From Geosiphon pyriformis uo1 (lineage: Eukaryota; Fungi; Glomeromycota): a stretch of 64,000 bases of DNA. The translations under genes were made by a program, and so were the position numbers. The DNA lies in NCBI GenBank assembly GCA_016748015.1, contig JAAOMT010000128.1, positions 813,538 through 877,537 on the forward strand. Direction: 5' to 3'. Below are positions 26,944 to 40,077 of the stretch, piece by piece. Positions within the stretch are counted from its first letter, which is position 1; each line of letters starts with the position of its first letter. A model generated the notes under the pieces. The model was not told where the DNA came from. It made no database searches and saw only the letters and a list, made by a program, of their open reading frames with translations.

Positions 26944-27312
26944 TGAAATAACAACATTAAAAATTAACTGTTTAAAAATAGTCTAATAAAAAAGAAAAAC
27001 TTCTTTTAAATTTAAATATTAATTTTATTTTGTTAGTTTACCAGAAAGGCAAAAAAACAACACCAAATTCTAGTGACTATATTTAACCAGCTCAAAAAAA
27101 ATAGCTTATATTCACAACTATAAATTGCTAAGATGTATTTCTGTATCTTATAATCAAAAAACTTTATAAGTAAATTTACATATAGTAAAAATTTTTAAAG
27201 AGTAATAAACTTCAGCACACTTTCTATACAATCAAAAAAACTGTACAGCTTTTTTACTCAAATTCAAAACATCATATATTATTATAATACTTTATTAAAT
27301 TTACTTATAATA
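26308..27312 (+). repeat. Family-C LTR (3' LTR of C1)
   Basis: Follows the PPT; inverted homologue of 28029-29013 over its whole length. Confidence 0.75.
26893..26942. repeat. 50-nt poly(T) tract inside LTR C1
   Basis: Counted directly. It aligns to the shorter interrupted A-rich tract at ~28415-28438 of the sister LTR. Confidence 0.95.
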
Positions 27313-28028
27313 TTAAGAAGTATTAGTAACCAATTAGAATTTTTTGCTAAAATTAGAATAGACCAAAATTGAAGTAGTTATAAGTTTTTCTTTGAGTACA
27401 TTAAAGACAGTTTGTTGTATTGGAGTCCATTAGTATTTAATATTTTTATTGATAAAATAGTTAAAAAGTTTGGTTATTTTAGAAAATTTTTGGGTAAATT
27501 TTTGATAATAAAAAGTTAAACTAACAAATTTTTTTAATTCTGTAATATTCTAAAAAATTTTAAAATTTTTTACAGTATTAATTGTTTTTGGATTAGATAG
27601 AACTTTATCTTTGTTAATAATATAACCAAGAAAAATCAAACTTAGTTTTCCAAAATAATATTTATTAATGTTTAATTTTATTTCTGTTTTTTGTAATTGT
27701 TAAAATACTTTTTACAAATAAATTAAATAAGCTTCAAATATTAAAGAGTAAATATTAGTGTTATTAAAATAGACAACTACTAATTACTATAAGAGTTTTT
27801 TATAAACAACATTTATAAATTACTGAAATGTTGTTAAAATATTACAAAATTCAAAAAACATAATATTAAACTTATAGTTTTTTTCTTAAGTTGTAAAAGC
27901 TGTTTTTGAATGATTTTTGAAATTTATTTTTACTTGTTAATATTTACTTTTTAAGTCTAAAGTTGAAAAGTACTTGGCTTTTTTTAAAGCATTTAGTATG
28001 TTATTAATTTTAAGTAAAAGGTAAATAT
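27313..28028 (-). pseudogene. Fragment of an older gypsy RT lying between the two family-C LTRs
   Basis: Minus strand reads KYFSTLDLKSKY, KTAFTT, VVVYFNNTNIYS, IFLGYII. Confidence 0.75.
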
Positions 28029-29013
28029 TATTATAAGTAAATTTGGTAAGATGTAATAATAATATTTGGTGCTCTAAGTTTAAATATAAAGAGCTTAAAA
28101 TTTTTTTTGTAGACAAGTAAAGTGTATTAAAATTATTAATTTTTAAAGATTTACTATGAATGAAAATTTACCTATAGAGTTTTTTGGTTATAAGACACAG
28201 AAAAATAATTTAACTGTTTACTGTTTATATAAGTGAGCTATCTTCTTTGAGTTAGTCAAACACAGTCATTAGGATCTAATAATGTTTTTTTGTTTTCTGA
28301 TAAGCTACTAAGATAATATTAATATCTAATCTTAAAAAAAATTTTTTTTTTTTATCAAATTATCACAAAGTTTATTCTTAAACAATTAATTTTACAATAT
28401 TGCCACTCTACAAGAAAAATAAAAAAAAAATAAAAAAATTAATATTGTTAATTGTTATAATTAAGAGCAATTGGTCTAAGTTATTACTGTTTTAAGATAT
28501 TTTATGCTAAAAACATCTGGTTAAAAATAAAAATAAGAGAAATAATTAATTTAAATTGAACATAAGAGTTTATGAATTATGTATAAGTGATTTAATCTCG
28601 AATATTTTTTTATTTAAATTAATATAAGCATAAGGTATAAGTAAAATTAATTTGAGAAATATAAAATATGAGTAGAAAAATATTGGTTTTTGTTTATTTG
28701 TTTTTTTTTTGCTAAAATTACTTGTTTTTATACATATTTTTTAGTTTTACAAAATTGCTTTTAATTATTTTTTATTACTAATTATTACTTACTATTACTG
28801 TTTATTGTTTTATTTTTTTATATTATAACTGGTTATTCTATGTTATGGCTAATTATTCTGTGCTATTTTACATTATTGTGTGTTATCTTGTATTATTTTA
28901 AGTTATTATATATTACTATGTATTATTTTATATTATTATGTTTTTTTTATATTATTATGTTTTAATCACATTTTTTTAATTATTTTTGGATTGGCTTTTT
29001 TACTTGAGTAATA
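28029..29013 (-). repeat. Family-C LTR (3' LTR)
   Basis: Adjacent to the PPT complement TTATCTCTTTCTTTT; homologous to 26308-27312. Confidence 0.75.
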
Positions 29014-29664
29014 TTATCTCTTTCTTTTAAAATTAAGCTCTTATAAAATTGTATATATTTATAAAAATGTTTTTTTGGTATAATATTCAATTGTTGTGTT
29101 AATTATTGCTTTTTGTAGGTCTTTAAACTATGTATTTATTATTTGTTTTATATTGTTAACTGTAATTGACTTTAGTAAACTGTTTAATAGTATTGCTAAA
29201 CAATATTTAAATGTTGAATACAGTTGGTATGTTGTTTTATAGTGTAGCATCAGATTATTTCTTCTAACAAATTTTTCTACTTGTTTTAAAGCTTTTTTGT
29301 TAAATGTTTGTTTGTTAGTATCTAAGTATAATATTTATAAGTTAAGTTTTTCACCAATTTTAAATAACCAGTATAATATTGAAAGTTTTTTTTTTTATAT
29401 TTTAGAGGTTTTTAGTGTTTATTTTCTTATTATTAATTTTATAGTTAATTTATTTAAAGCTTTTTTAATTTCATCAAACATATACAACCATATATCTTTC
29501 TTTTTTTTTCTTAATTAGTTATAAGAATAAGAATGCTCACTTTTTGTTAAACTTTTGTTCTTTTTTTTCTTGTGTAAATTTCTATATTGTATCTTTTTTT
29601 ATTAATTATAATTTCTATTAGTGTTATGGATTGTTGAATTGCTTCAAATAATTGTTTTAAGAGT

Positions 29665-30635
29665 TGTTACCAGTAGAATTTTAGCTATTAATTAGCATGA
29701 AATTACCCTTATAATTCCTATAATTCATTAGTATATTAATATCATTTCAAATTATCATTTATTATCTAATCAATTATCACATATCACGATTCAATTAAAA
29801 TAATCTAATTAGTATAACAGAAAGTAGGATGATCAAATTACACAATACTCTGAACTTTGTAACATTCAAAAATTCGCCGAAATTTATAAGAAATTCGCCG
29901 AAATTTACAGAAATTCGCCGAAATTATGAATAGTTCACCCAAATTAATCAATAGTTCAGCAAAATGTATCTTTAGTTTGCCGGAATTTGGGCAAAGAGAA
30001 AAAGTGCAAGTTCATAAACTAGTACTACAACAAGTTGTATAAAAGAAGAGCTTTTCTCTTCTTGAAAATGTATTTTACTTTAGATTTATCTCTTAAAACC
30101 GTTCCTATACACACAAAAAGAAATAAATATCAAATAATTCGAAAAACCAAATTCTTTAATTATTGTACTTGGAAAATCCCCAAAACCCAACTAACATTTC
30201 GAAATTGATTAGCTACCAATTTCAGTAAACTGTTAGTGACCCCAGGCCTGGATAGAAAACGTTTCTCTTGACAAAATTCTATTTCTTTTACATTTCTTTT
30301 ATTTTCCTTTTCTTTTCTTATTACAATCATTAGGGTAGCCTACAGACAAGATTCCTGTAGAAGAGTTGACTTTCACAGCAAAGTAACTATACATTTTAGT
30401 GAGCTTCCAGACAAGCAATTCCTGGGGAAGAGTTGACGTTTACTACAACATAACTACATAAAGTAATTGGCAAGGAATTGGCCATTCCACTTATAAGCCC
30501 AGCAGTTCAAATTATAGGAGATAATTTGAAGATAAATTCAGTTATTAGAGGTTCAACTACTTCCTGAAAACGTGAATTCACAGCAAATCAACATTACCAA
30601 CATTTAAGAAAAGAGACCAAAAACCTCCGGTAACA
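29665..30635 (+). mobile_element. Solo LTR, family B (least decayed copy)
   Basis: TGTTACC...GGTAACA with GAGT/GAGT TSD; retains CpGs. Confidence 0.93.
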
Positions 30636-33600
30636 GAGTCTTAGAATTTGATCTAAAAGATCTATATTAAGAGTGCTATTAACTTTATTTTTTTGTTGTT
30701 TTGGTCTTTATATATACTTATATTTTTTAATTAAATTGTTATACATTAATTATATTTCAATAATAATAATTGGTTTTAGATCTTATAATATATCTTTTGG
30801 TCTAATTAATAGAATCTGTGTTCTTAATTAAGATATAAATAACAATAATTTTTAGTTTGTATAATAAATTTTTACCAATTTTTATGGCTATTTTCTTTAA
30901 AATTTTGTTTTTTAATCATAATTTGTAAACTCAATTGTTTAAAACTTTGTATATATAAAATAGTCTGTCCTATTTTGAATCAAACTTTATACATTACTGT
31001 TTTTCAGTTTTAATACAATATAATAATACTTAGTCTTTAATCTTAAATTCAACTAGTTGGTTGGATAAATAATTATTATGTCTTTTTTTTTGTTGTTCTT
31101 GAGCATTACTAATATTGTCAACTGCTGTTTTATAATTGTTTTTTAATGTTTTTATAAGCTGATATGTTTTTTTGTACAAAGTAGTTTCAAAATTTTTTTC
31201 AATAATTGTTTTAGTTAAGAATATAAATAGTTTTTATTTAATAGATAGTGTGGCTTTTTTTTATAGACTAGTTTGAATAGTATAAACTGAATAGTATTTT
31301 GTTTTAATATTAAGTATGTTAATAATACTAAAAATATAAATAAGTTTTATTCTTGTGTATTTTTGTAACTTATTTTTATTAATACTTTACATAAATATGG
31401 TTAAATTGTTCTACCAGTTTATTTGTTTATGGATAATAGAGTAATAATAAAAGTTGTTTTATTCTGAATTGTTGGCTTAGTTTAATTAATATACTATTAA
31501 CAAAATGAGTTTTTTGGTTAGATAACAATTTTTTTGGACATTTATATTGACAAATCAGGTTTTGATATATGAATTTGACTACTGTTTTAGTATTTGTTAT
31601 TTGAATAACTCTAGCTTTAAGCTATTTGATAAGATAGTCTACAGTTATAATAATATAATAAATTTTTTTAAATATAATTAAGAAAAAACCAACCAAATTA
31701 ATTTCAATTCTATTAAAAAAATTTTTAATTAGAATAAGTTAAAGTGGTTCTGTTATTTTGGCTTTTTTCTCTATAAATATAAGTTATAGTTGAAAATATA
31801 TTCAAAAATATTCTTATATATTATTAATTAATAGTATAAATTCATTGTTTTTTTAGAATAGTATTTTTGTTAATATGTTTTGTAGTTGGATTAGAGTACA
31901 TCCTATGTAAAACAGTTTTTTTTTTTTTTTTTATAATTTATTATAAGATAATGTGATTTTAACATTCTTAATAATATAGTTAATAATTGTGAATTTGTTT
32001 TTATATAACACTTTGTTTTTATTAAAATAATTTCTTCTTAAATTGAAGTGTTGATAGATACTAATATAATTGCTAATAGGTAATTGTGTTTATAAATCTG
32101 AAATTAAATTTGTATTATTTTTGGCAAACTGTTGGCATTGGTGTTTTTAATTCTTTTCTTATAATGTATTTTGTATGAGAATTGTTGTAAATAAATACTT
32201 TATTTTATATATCTTCTTTTTAGTTGTGGTTTGCTAAATAATCAAATAAGTTTTTTGTAATTAATATATAGGTTAAATAGTTGGCAAAAATAGTGTCTCC
32301 AATTTTGTATTGCTTAATAAATAGTAAAACATTCTAAATTAATTATATTATATATTTTTTCTACTGTACTAGTATTGTGACTGGTGTAAATAATTAAATG
32401 TTTTTGATTATTTGGTCTACTTTGTAACAAAATAGCTTTTAGTGTATTTTTCAAGACATCTATATTAACAATAAAGTATTTAATAAAGTTTGAATAAATT
32501 AATATTGATGCTTTTATTAAATATTATTTGAGATAATTAAAAGTCTTTTGCTGTTTTTTTTTCTATAAGTATAAAACATGTTTTAATAACAGATAATAGG
32601 GTGGTTTTACAATATCAGAAAAGTTTTTGACAAATTTGCAGTAATATTTAGCCAGTTTTAAGAATTTTCTTAATTCTTATAAATTGATTGAGATCAGAAA
32701 GTTTTTAATCTTTTAAATTTTATTAAGATCTGGTTTTATTTTATTTTTATCTATTATGTGTTCTAGAAATTTTAATTTAGTTTTTTCAAAAAAACATTTA
32801 TTCAGATTAAATTTTAGTTAAACATTCTAAAAACAATTAAAAACTAATTAAAGATAGAGCAGATGGTTATTAAATGTTTTTAAAAATATATTAATATTGT
32901 CTAAGTATACTATTATTGATTTTAGAGAATTTTTATATATATAACATTTATAAAACACTAAAAGATAGCAAAGATATTGTAAAGTTCAAAAAACATTATA
33001 TTAAATTCGAAATTTTTATTTTACATAATAAATGCTGTTTTTTTTGTTTTGGAATCTATTTTAACTTGCTAATATTTATTGATTAAGTTTAAAAAGAAGA
33101 ATTATTTTTTATTTTCTAGATTATTCAGAATTTTCTAAATAAGAAAAGTTAAATAACTGTTCTTTTAAGTAATACTATTAAGCTTTTAATAGTCTACACA
33201 AAAACGTATTTTCTATTTTTTTTGGTAATCAATATGACTGAAAAGAACCAAAAACTTAACAATTTTTTAATTAATTCATATTTAGCATTTATTGTATCTT
33301 TTGTTTAATCAAATTGTTATTTATTGAAGTTACTTAGTAGACTTATTGTTTAATAGATTAAGCAGCTTTTATGTTAATTTAATGTTTTATAATATTAGTG
33401 CATCTAAATTTATTTTTGTTAACAAAAATATTAGTGTATTGGTTTAAAAGAATCTTAAGTTGTATTTGTTATAATATATTCAAATTTTTCAGGTTTAATT
33501 TAACAATTTTTTTTAATGTGTCTTATAATTTTGATAAAATTTGAAACAATTTAAAAAATTTTTTCTTAAAAAATATTGCTTATAATTCTGATTTTTAATC

Positions 33601-34181
33601 TATTTAATAAAATAATAGAGTAGATATTATGATTATATAATATAATTAAGAACTTTTTTATTCTTTTGAACAGATAAATATTAGGAATTAAAATATTATG
33701 TTCTTTGTAAATTTGTTTATTGGAATCAAAAATTTGTTGGATAATAGTGAATTTTGAACAAATATAAATTTTTTAATGTTTTCCAAAAAGTAAAATAGTA
33801 ATTGGTTAAAAAAGTAAAAAATTTGATAAAATTTATTTTATATATTAAAAGTTATATTGATTAAAACTGTAAATTATTTAATTAAATCAAAATCTTATAT
33901 TTTTTTTAATTTTTTCTAATTGTTCTTTATTTTTTACTAATTGTAAATCCAAAATATTGATTAAAAGTAAATAAATTGGTTAAACAATTTTCTTAGCATG
34001 TTTAATATTAAAGAATTTTTTGGTTTTATTTTGTAGTATATAATGAACTCTCTTTATAATCACATCTTTTAATCAGCACATTTGTGGTGACTATAGAGAG
34101 ATGAGATTATAAAAAATGATTAATATTTTATCACATGATCTATATATCACATGTATAATATAATAACCAATTATATATATT

Positions 34182-34409
34182 TTATTTAAAAAAGCTCTCT
34201 ATTTGCAATTGTTTTTTCTCTTCTTGAACTTTGAAAACAGTATTATGAATTAATGTTCTCAAAGTTTTAAAAAAGTTTGAATCAACTTTTTCACTATACT
34301 ACTTTTCACAATAGCACAATATATCTTCAAGTGCAGTTTTACCTTAATGTATAAATAGCAAAGGCAAAGATTTATCTTTATCTTCAATTTCTAAATTTAA
34401 TTCATTGTC
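34182..34409 (-). pseudogene. C-terminus of a pogo/Tigger-like transposase
   Basis: DNELNLEIEDKDKSLP...GKTALEDILCYCE...EKKQLQIESFFK*, ending in a PIP-box-like QxxIxxFF typical of pogo transposases. Confidence 0.6.
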
Positions 34410-34860
34410 CCAGAATTTTTTGCATTAACTATTTTTCAATACAATTTAACAGCTTGATCTATGTCTTGATTGATGCATTTGCCATTAAAATAGTAATGTC
34501 CTAATTGAATTATTGCTTTAGAATTCCCTGCATCACTTGCCTTTTGATACAATTTGACAGTTTGATCTGTGTTCTAATTAACACCTTTACCATATTAATA
34601 GCAATGACCTAATTGAGTCATTGTTTTAGAATTCCCTATATTAACAGCCTTTTGATATAATTTAACCTCTTGACTTTTGTTCTAATTGATATCTTTGGCA
34701 TGCTAATAGCAATAACCTAAATTGTTTATTGTAGCATAATTCTCTGCATTACTTGTCTTTTAATATAATTTGACAGCTTAACCCATGTCCTAATTAATAC
34801 TTTTGCCATGAAAGTAGCAATTTCCTAATTTATTTATTGCTGCAGAGTTTCCAGTATTTA
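34405..34860 (-). pseudogene. Four Sel1-like repeats (108-bp/36-aa units)
   Basis: GNSAAINKLGNCYFHGKSIN*DMG*AVKLY*K ... GNSKAIIQLGHYYFNGKCINQDIDQAVKLY matches the SLR consensus A..LG.CY..G.GV.QD...A..LY.KA...GN. Confidence 0.9.
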
Positions 34861-34904
34861 AACAGAATGGATAGTGAAAATTTAATTTGAGATTTTTATA
34901 TTTT

Positions 34905-35330
34905 TAAAAAATACCTCCAAACAGCCACAACAATTAACATGGCAATAATAATTCAATTTGCTTATCTCCCAATAGTCTTAACAATTGATGTGACAATGAT
35001 AATTTAGTCACTTACTTCCTAATGGCCTCAACAATCAACACAACAATAATAATTAGATTCACTTACTTTTGGATGATCTCAATAATCAATGCAACAATAG
35101 TAATTCACTTATCTTTAGACAGTTATAACAATCCACATGAATATATTAATCAAATTTACTTACCTTTAAATGGTTATGACAATCAATATAACAATGATAA
35201 TCAGATTCACTTACCTTTGGATAGCCTTGACAATCAATGTAACAATGATAATTTACTTTATTTACCTTTGGATAGTTATGGCAATTATTACAGCAATGCT
35301 AAATAAATTTACTTAATGACTTGGACAATT
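34905..35330. repeat. Tandem array of ~8-9 degenerate 51-bp units
   Basis: An ACTTACC-like core recurs at 34960, 35010, 35061, 35107, 35158, 35209 and 35260; ORF 35022-35306 shows 17-aa periodicity. Confidence 0.85.
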
Positions 35331-36862
35331 ATTCAATATTTGCCACCAAGGCAAAACAAAACATACTATTTTACACTAATTTGCTTGTTGTAACTTTTAA
35401 AATTATACTAATAAAATAATAAATTAATAAATAAAGCAAACAATGGTAGATTAATATAAGTCTTATTATTGCAATACTTAAATGCAAAATAGAATCGACA
35501 TTTTAAAATAATATTTGGGGCATCTTTTATAATCTGAGGTACCTTATATGTTCGATTAAATATGAGATAACATCTGATGTTCATATCTAATATCATATAA
35601 TTATAGTGTGACTATAGAGAGTGGAAATTACTTATATTCTGCTATCATATTTGTGAAGATAGGGACTATAAAAAGATATATATAGTAAAAGTAACTATAA
35701 AAAGATAATATTATATATAAATGGTTTTGGTTTTTAAAAAAATGTGATTATAAGAAGATAGTAACTATAACCAGAGAGACTATAGAGAGAATTCACTGTA
35801 ATTGTAATGTTTTCTATATATTTTGTATTAATAACTTCTTCTTTAATATTAATTTTTTTGCTGGTAAAAACAATCAAGAAGCAATTTGAATTATTGCTTT
35901 TAATAGAATTTTGAGAACAATTTCGAGAACAATTTTGAGATTAATTTTTGTAAGTAATTTTGAGTAAAGGACTAAAGTGTTTTTTCTTAGATATTGTAAA
36001 TTATATTTTGCATCAATTTTTTAAACTTTTTCTGATTTGATTTTTTGCTTATTGTTATTAAAATACTTAAGTTTTAAAGCTGGTTGGTTTTTAAATAGAT
36101 AAATTGGTATTGTTAATAGTTTTCCAAGTTTATGTTCTCCAAATTTAATTTTATATTTATTATTTTTACTGAATAAAAAAATGCTTAGAACATAGTATTT
36201 TTAACATTATTGGTTATTGTATAGTATAATATACTTTTTATACAGTTGGATTTTTATTTGCTTTAATTATTAAATTTAAGCTTCCTTGGCCAGATATATG
36301 TAACTGGTGATTTGATAATATATTTTTACTTTATCTTTATAGTTATATCTAGTAATTTCAAAGATGTATTTGATATATTTTAATTTTTTTATTTGTTTAA
36401 TATTTTTTTGGATGGCTCTATTGATTAAAGCTATTGTTAAGTTATAAATTATTTTAATATTATGAGAATAATAATAAAATTTATTAAAAATATTATTGTA
36501 TACTGCTTTAAAAGATGTTTTTTTTTTAATTTTTTTTGAAATTGGGAAAATATATTAACAAATTTGGTCACAAAGTTTTTCTTTTATATTAATATTAATT
36601 TAATTATATTCTTTGAATAATAATTTTTTACAAATAAAACAAAATGTGTTGTTCTATTTTCTATTATGTTTTAGGCTATCAAATTATTTTTAGTAACAAA
36701 CTTTACAGTAGTAGCAAATATAAGTTTTATATTCTTCTTTTAATAATATACAAGCTTTCATAAATAAAAGTTTTTTGTTATAATTTTTGCATTTGAGTAG
36801 AATATAAAATGGTTATTTTTTTGATTTGGTTTTAAATATAGAATATATCAACTGTTAACTAG

Positions 36863-37836
36863 TATTACCAGAGGTTTTTGGTCTCTTTTCTTAAATGTTA
36901 TTAATGTTTATTTACTGTGAATTCACAACTAAAAGAAGTAATTGAACCTCAAATAACTGAATTTATCTTCAAATTATTTCTTATAATTTGAACTGCTGAG
37001 CTTATAAGTAGAATGGCCAATTCTATACCAGTTATTTTGTGTAGTTATTTTGTAGTAAATGTCAACTCTTTTTCAGGAATTGCTTATCTGGAAGCTTATT
37101 AAAATGTGTAGTTACTTTACTATGAAAGTTAACTTTTCTACAGAAATTTTGTCTGTATGCTACCCTAATAATTATAATAAGAAAAGTAAAAAAAAATATA
37201 AAAAAAATAAAAAAAATAAAATTGTGTTAAGAAAAACGTTTTCTATTCAGGCCTAAAGTCATTAACAGATTACTGAAATTGGTAGCTAATCAATTTCAAA
37301 ATGTTAATTGTGTTGAGAGAATTTCAAGTGTAATAATTTTAAAGAATTTGGTTTTCAAATATTTAATTTTTATTTAAGATATGTAAAAAATAATTTGTTC
37401 TAATTAAGATATCTAAAGTAAAATACTATGGTAAGATACTATGAAAAGATATATTTTCTTGAAAAAAAAAAGCTCTTCTTTTATACAACTTGTTGTAATA
37501 TTAGTTTTTGAACTTGCATTTTTCTTTTTGCTCTAATTTCAGTAAACTAAAGATATATTTCGGCAAACTACAAGTTATTTCTACAAACTATTGATTATTT
37601 CGACCAATTTTCATCAATTTCAACGAATTTTGACTATATTAAATAGGTCAGAATATTGTGTAATTTGATTATCTTAATTTCTATGGTACAAATTATATTA
37701 TTAATTGAATGATAATATTTAATAATTTGATTAAATAATAAGTAATAATTAAAATAATAATAATATATGCTAATTAATAATAGGAATTATAAGGATAATT
37801 TTATGCTAATTAATAGCTAAAATTCTACTAGTAACA
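36863..37836 (-). mobile_element. Solo LTR, family B
   Basis: T(A)TTACC...AGTAACA flanked by CTAG/CTAG. Confidence 0.9.
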
Positions 37837-40077
37837 CTAGTTTAATTATAGAAATAAATTGTTGATTAGTCTAAAAAGACCATAATAATATTGGTTTAAA
37901 TGTAGATGTTTTAAATAACTGTTTAGTTTTTTAAGCCCAATTGAATTAAAAATTAAGTGTCATATAGGTTTTAATAGTTGGGGGGTTTTTTTTTTAATTT
38001 CAAAAGCTGAGGATTTTTTAAATCATTTATTAAAAGTACTATAAGTAACAAATATTTTTGTATATTGCTTTTGGTATAAAATTTTAAGCTTTTGGATTTT
38101 TTAATCTAAATTTATATTTGCTTTGAGAAGCAAATCATTTTTAATAAAAGTTTAATATTAAGATATATTCATAACTAAAACTTTAATTGAAATAATAATT
38201 TCATTAATTGTAAAAAAAAATTGTCAATTTTTTCTACTGGAGTTTTTTTTATATTATCTGCTATAATAATTACAGTTTGAACAGTTTAGTTAATAGTTTA
38301 TTAAAGCTGTTATATTAATTGATAGGTAATAATATTTTTAGTAAATTCACTATTTAAAATTAATTAAATTAGTTTTTTTTTGACTTTGGCTTTAGTATAT
38401 ATAGCAGTAATAGCTTTTTGTTTAGTTATTGTTACATTGTTAAGCAAAAATAGTGATTTATTTGCTTCAAATTTGAATAAAATATTAAAAAAATTGGTAT
38501 TTTTGGTAATTTTTCTGGTAAAATTGTGTTATTAAAAAAGGTTTGTCTTGGTACTATAGTTTTATTTTCAAAAAGTACAGTCTGTTGAAAATTTTTTTTT
38601 AAGTATAATTAAGTAATTGGGTTGAGTATAATAATAATTGGAGTTTTGTTAAACTGAACTTTAGAATACTAATTAATTATTGGTATTAATTTTGTTATTG
38701 TTTATTAAAAACCAATTTTATAAAATAAATTGGTTTTATTAAACCAATTTTTTTGCTAGTACTTAATATTATTGAACTAATAGTAATTATTAATATTGTA
38801 GTATTAGTATAAATTGTTGGTATTATTATTGTAAAACAAGTAAATAATAATTGTTCTAATATTATCGTTTAAATAAACAATAAATTAATAGTAGAAATTA
38901 ATAATAAAGTTGTTGTAATTGGAAATAATATTGATTATTTCTTTGTTGCTAGTCTTTTTGTAATTTTCTGTAATTTTATTTCCAATATTTTAAAATTCTA
39001 TAATAATAACAATTTTAGAATTAATTATTAGATAATAATAAAAAATTATTTTGGTTTTAATATTATAACAGATTTACTAAGTTCTTGTTTAATGTTTTAA
39101 AACTGATTTTGGAGAGTAATTAAAGTATTATTGTTTGTGAATTGCTTAAAAAAAACATCTTTGAATGTTTGATAGTATTTTTAAATTTTCGAATCATTTA
39201 TTAGTAGTTTTTTATAAAAAATAAAAAATTGTTTTTATTATTCTTGCTAAGATTTATTTATTTGTATTTTCTGTTTTTTCAACTTTATTTATTTATTTTT
39301 GTGAACTAGTTTTAGCATTTTTTCTAGTAAATTCAAAAATTTTTACAATATAAACAGTTGCTATTTTTTTACTTTTTTGTTTTTTGAGTTTTTGTTTTAA
39401 TTTATTTTCTTTACTTTTTAAGTTTTTTGAATAATTACTTTGATTTTTTACTAAATAATTAAGAAGATTAGTACTGATTAAAATTAGTTTTTATTGTTAA
39501 GTAAAACTTTTAAATAACTAAAAATTTTCTGGTTTTAAAAAATAAATAAATAAAAAATTTGGTGTTTATAGTTAAGCAAATAAAATTAGAAATGATATAA
39601 TTAAAAGTGGTAATTTAATACTTGTTTTTAATTTAGATATTTGTAAATATTTGGCTGTAATTTAGAGAGTATTGTAGATGGTTTTGGAATTTTGTTTTTG
39701 TTTTTGTTTACTGTTTTTTGGTTTAAATTTTAAGTTAAAAGAAAATTTAAGTTGTACTGAATATTTTTTTTGCAATATTTGGTAATATTAAAGTCAAGCT
39801 CTTAGAAGTAAGTATTGAATGTTTGGCTGTTAAAATTTTCAGTACTTAAGCAAGAATAGTATAACAAGTTTTTATATAGCTCTTTTTTGACTTTAAATAT
39901 ATTGTAATTTTCAAAAAAATAATTGTTACTATAATTTTTAATGTATTAATAAAGTGTTTTCTTAAAACCTTTCATTCTATCTAAAATGTTGAATTTCTAT
40001 TTGCAATAGATGTAAATTAATTGATAATACTCTAGAATAGTTGTGTTTGTTATATTAATCTATAAGAAAACATCAAA

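Larger units (their letters stand above)
18243..27312 (+). mobile_element. Highly degenerate Ty3/gypsy element C1 (gag-PR-CxxC domain-dUTPase-RT-RH-IN-extension-3' LTR); 5' end missing
   Basis: MAYKDITRLEKFFGKEDN at ~18274; IKLILKSRLAD (decayed PR) ~19650; CVNCKKK ~20217; VVVYLDNINIF ~22408; IGINLVG ~23630; PPT at 26293-26307. Confidence 0.8.
34041..35798 (-). mobile_element. Non-autonomous pogo/Tigger-type (Tc1/mariner superfamily) TIR element carrying Sel1-repeat cargo
   Basis: Right TIR CAGTGAATTCTCTCTATAGTC versus left TAATGAACTCTCTTTATAATC: 16/21 identical, all mismatches transitions. TA on both sides. Subterminal GTGACTATAGAGAG repeats. Removing it plus one TA restores the host dUTPase frame ENITIILQN. 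Confidence 0.85.

Noticed and set aside
28065-28075. TTTGGTGCTCT as the PBS of a plus-strand element
   Set aside because: It is internal to the minus-strand family-C LTR; reinterpreted as the anti-PBS motif.
34905-35330. CRISPR-like array, or a real plus-strand 94-aa gene
   Set aside because: Units are contiguous without unique spacers and the context is eukaryotic; the ORF is a by-product of the 51-bp period.
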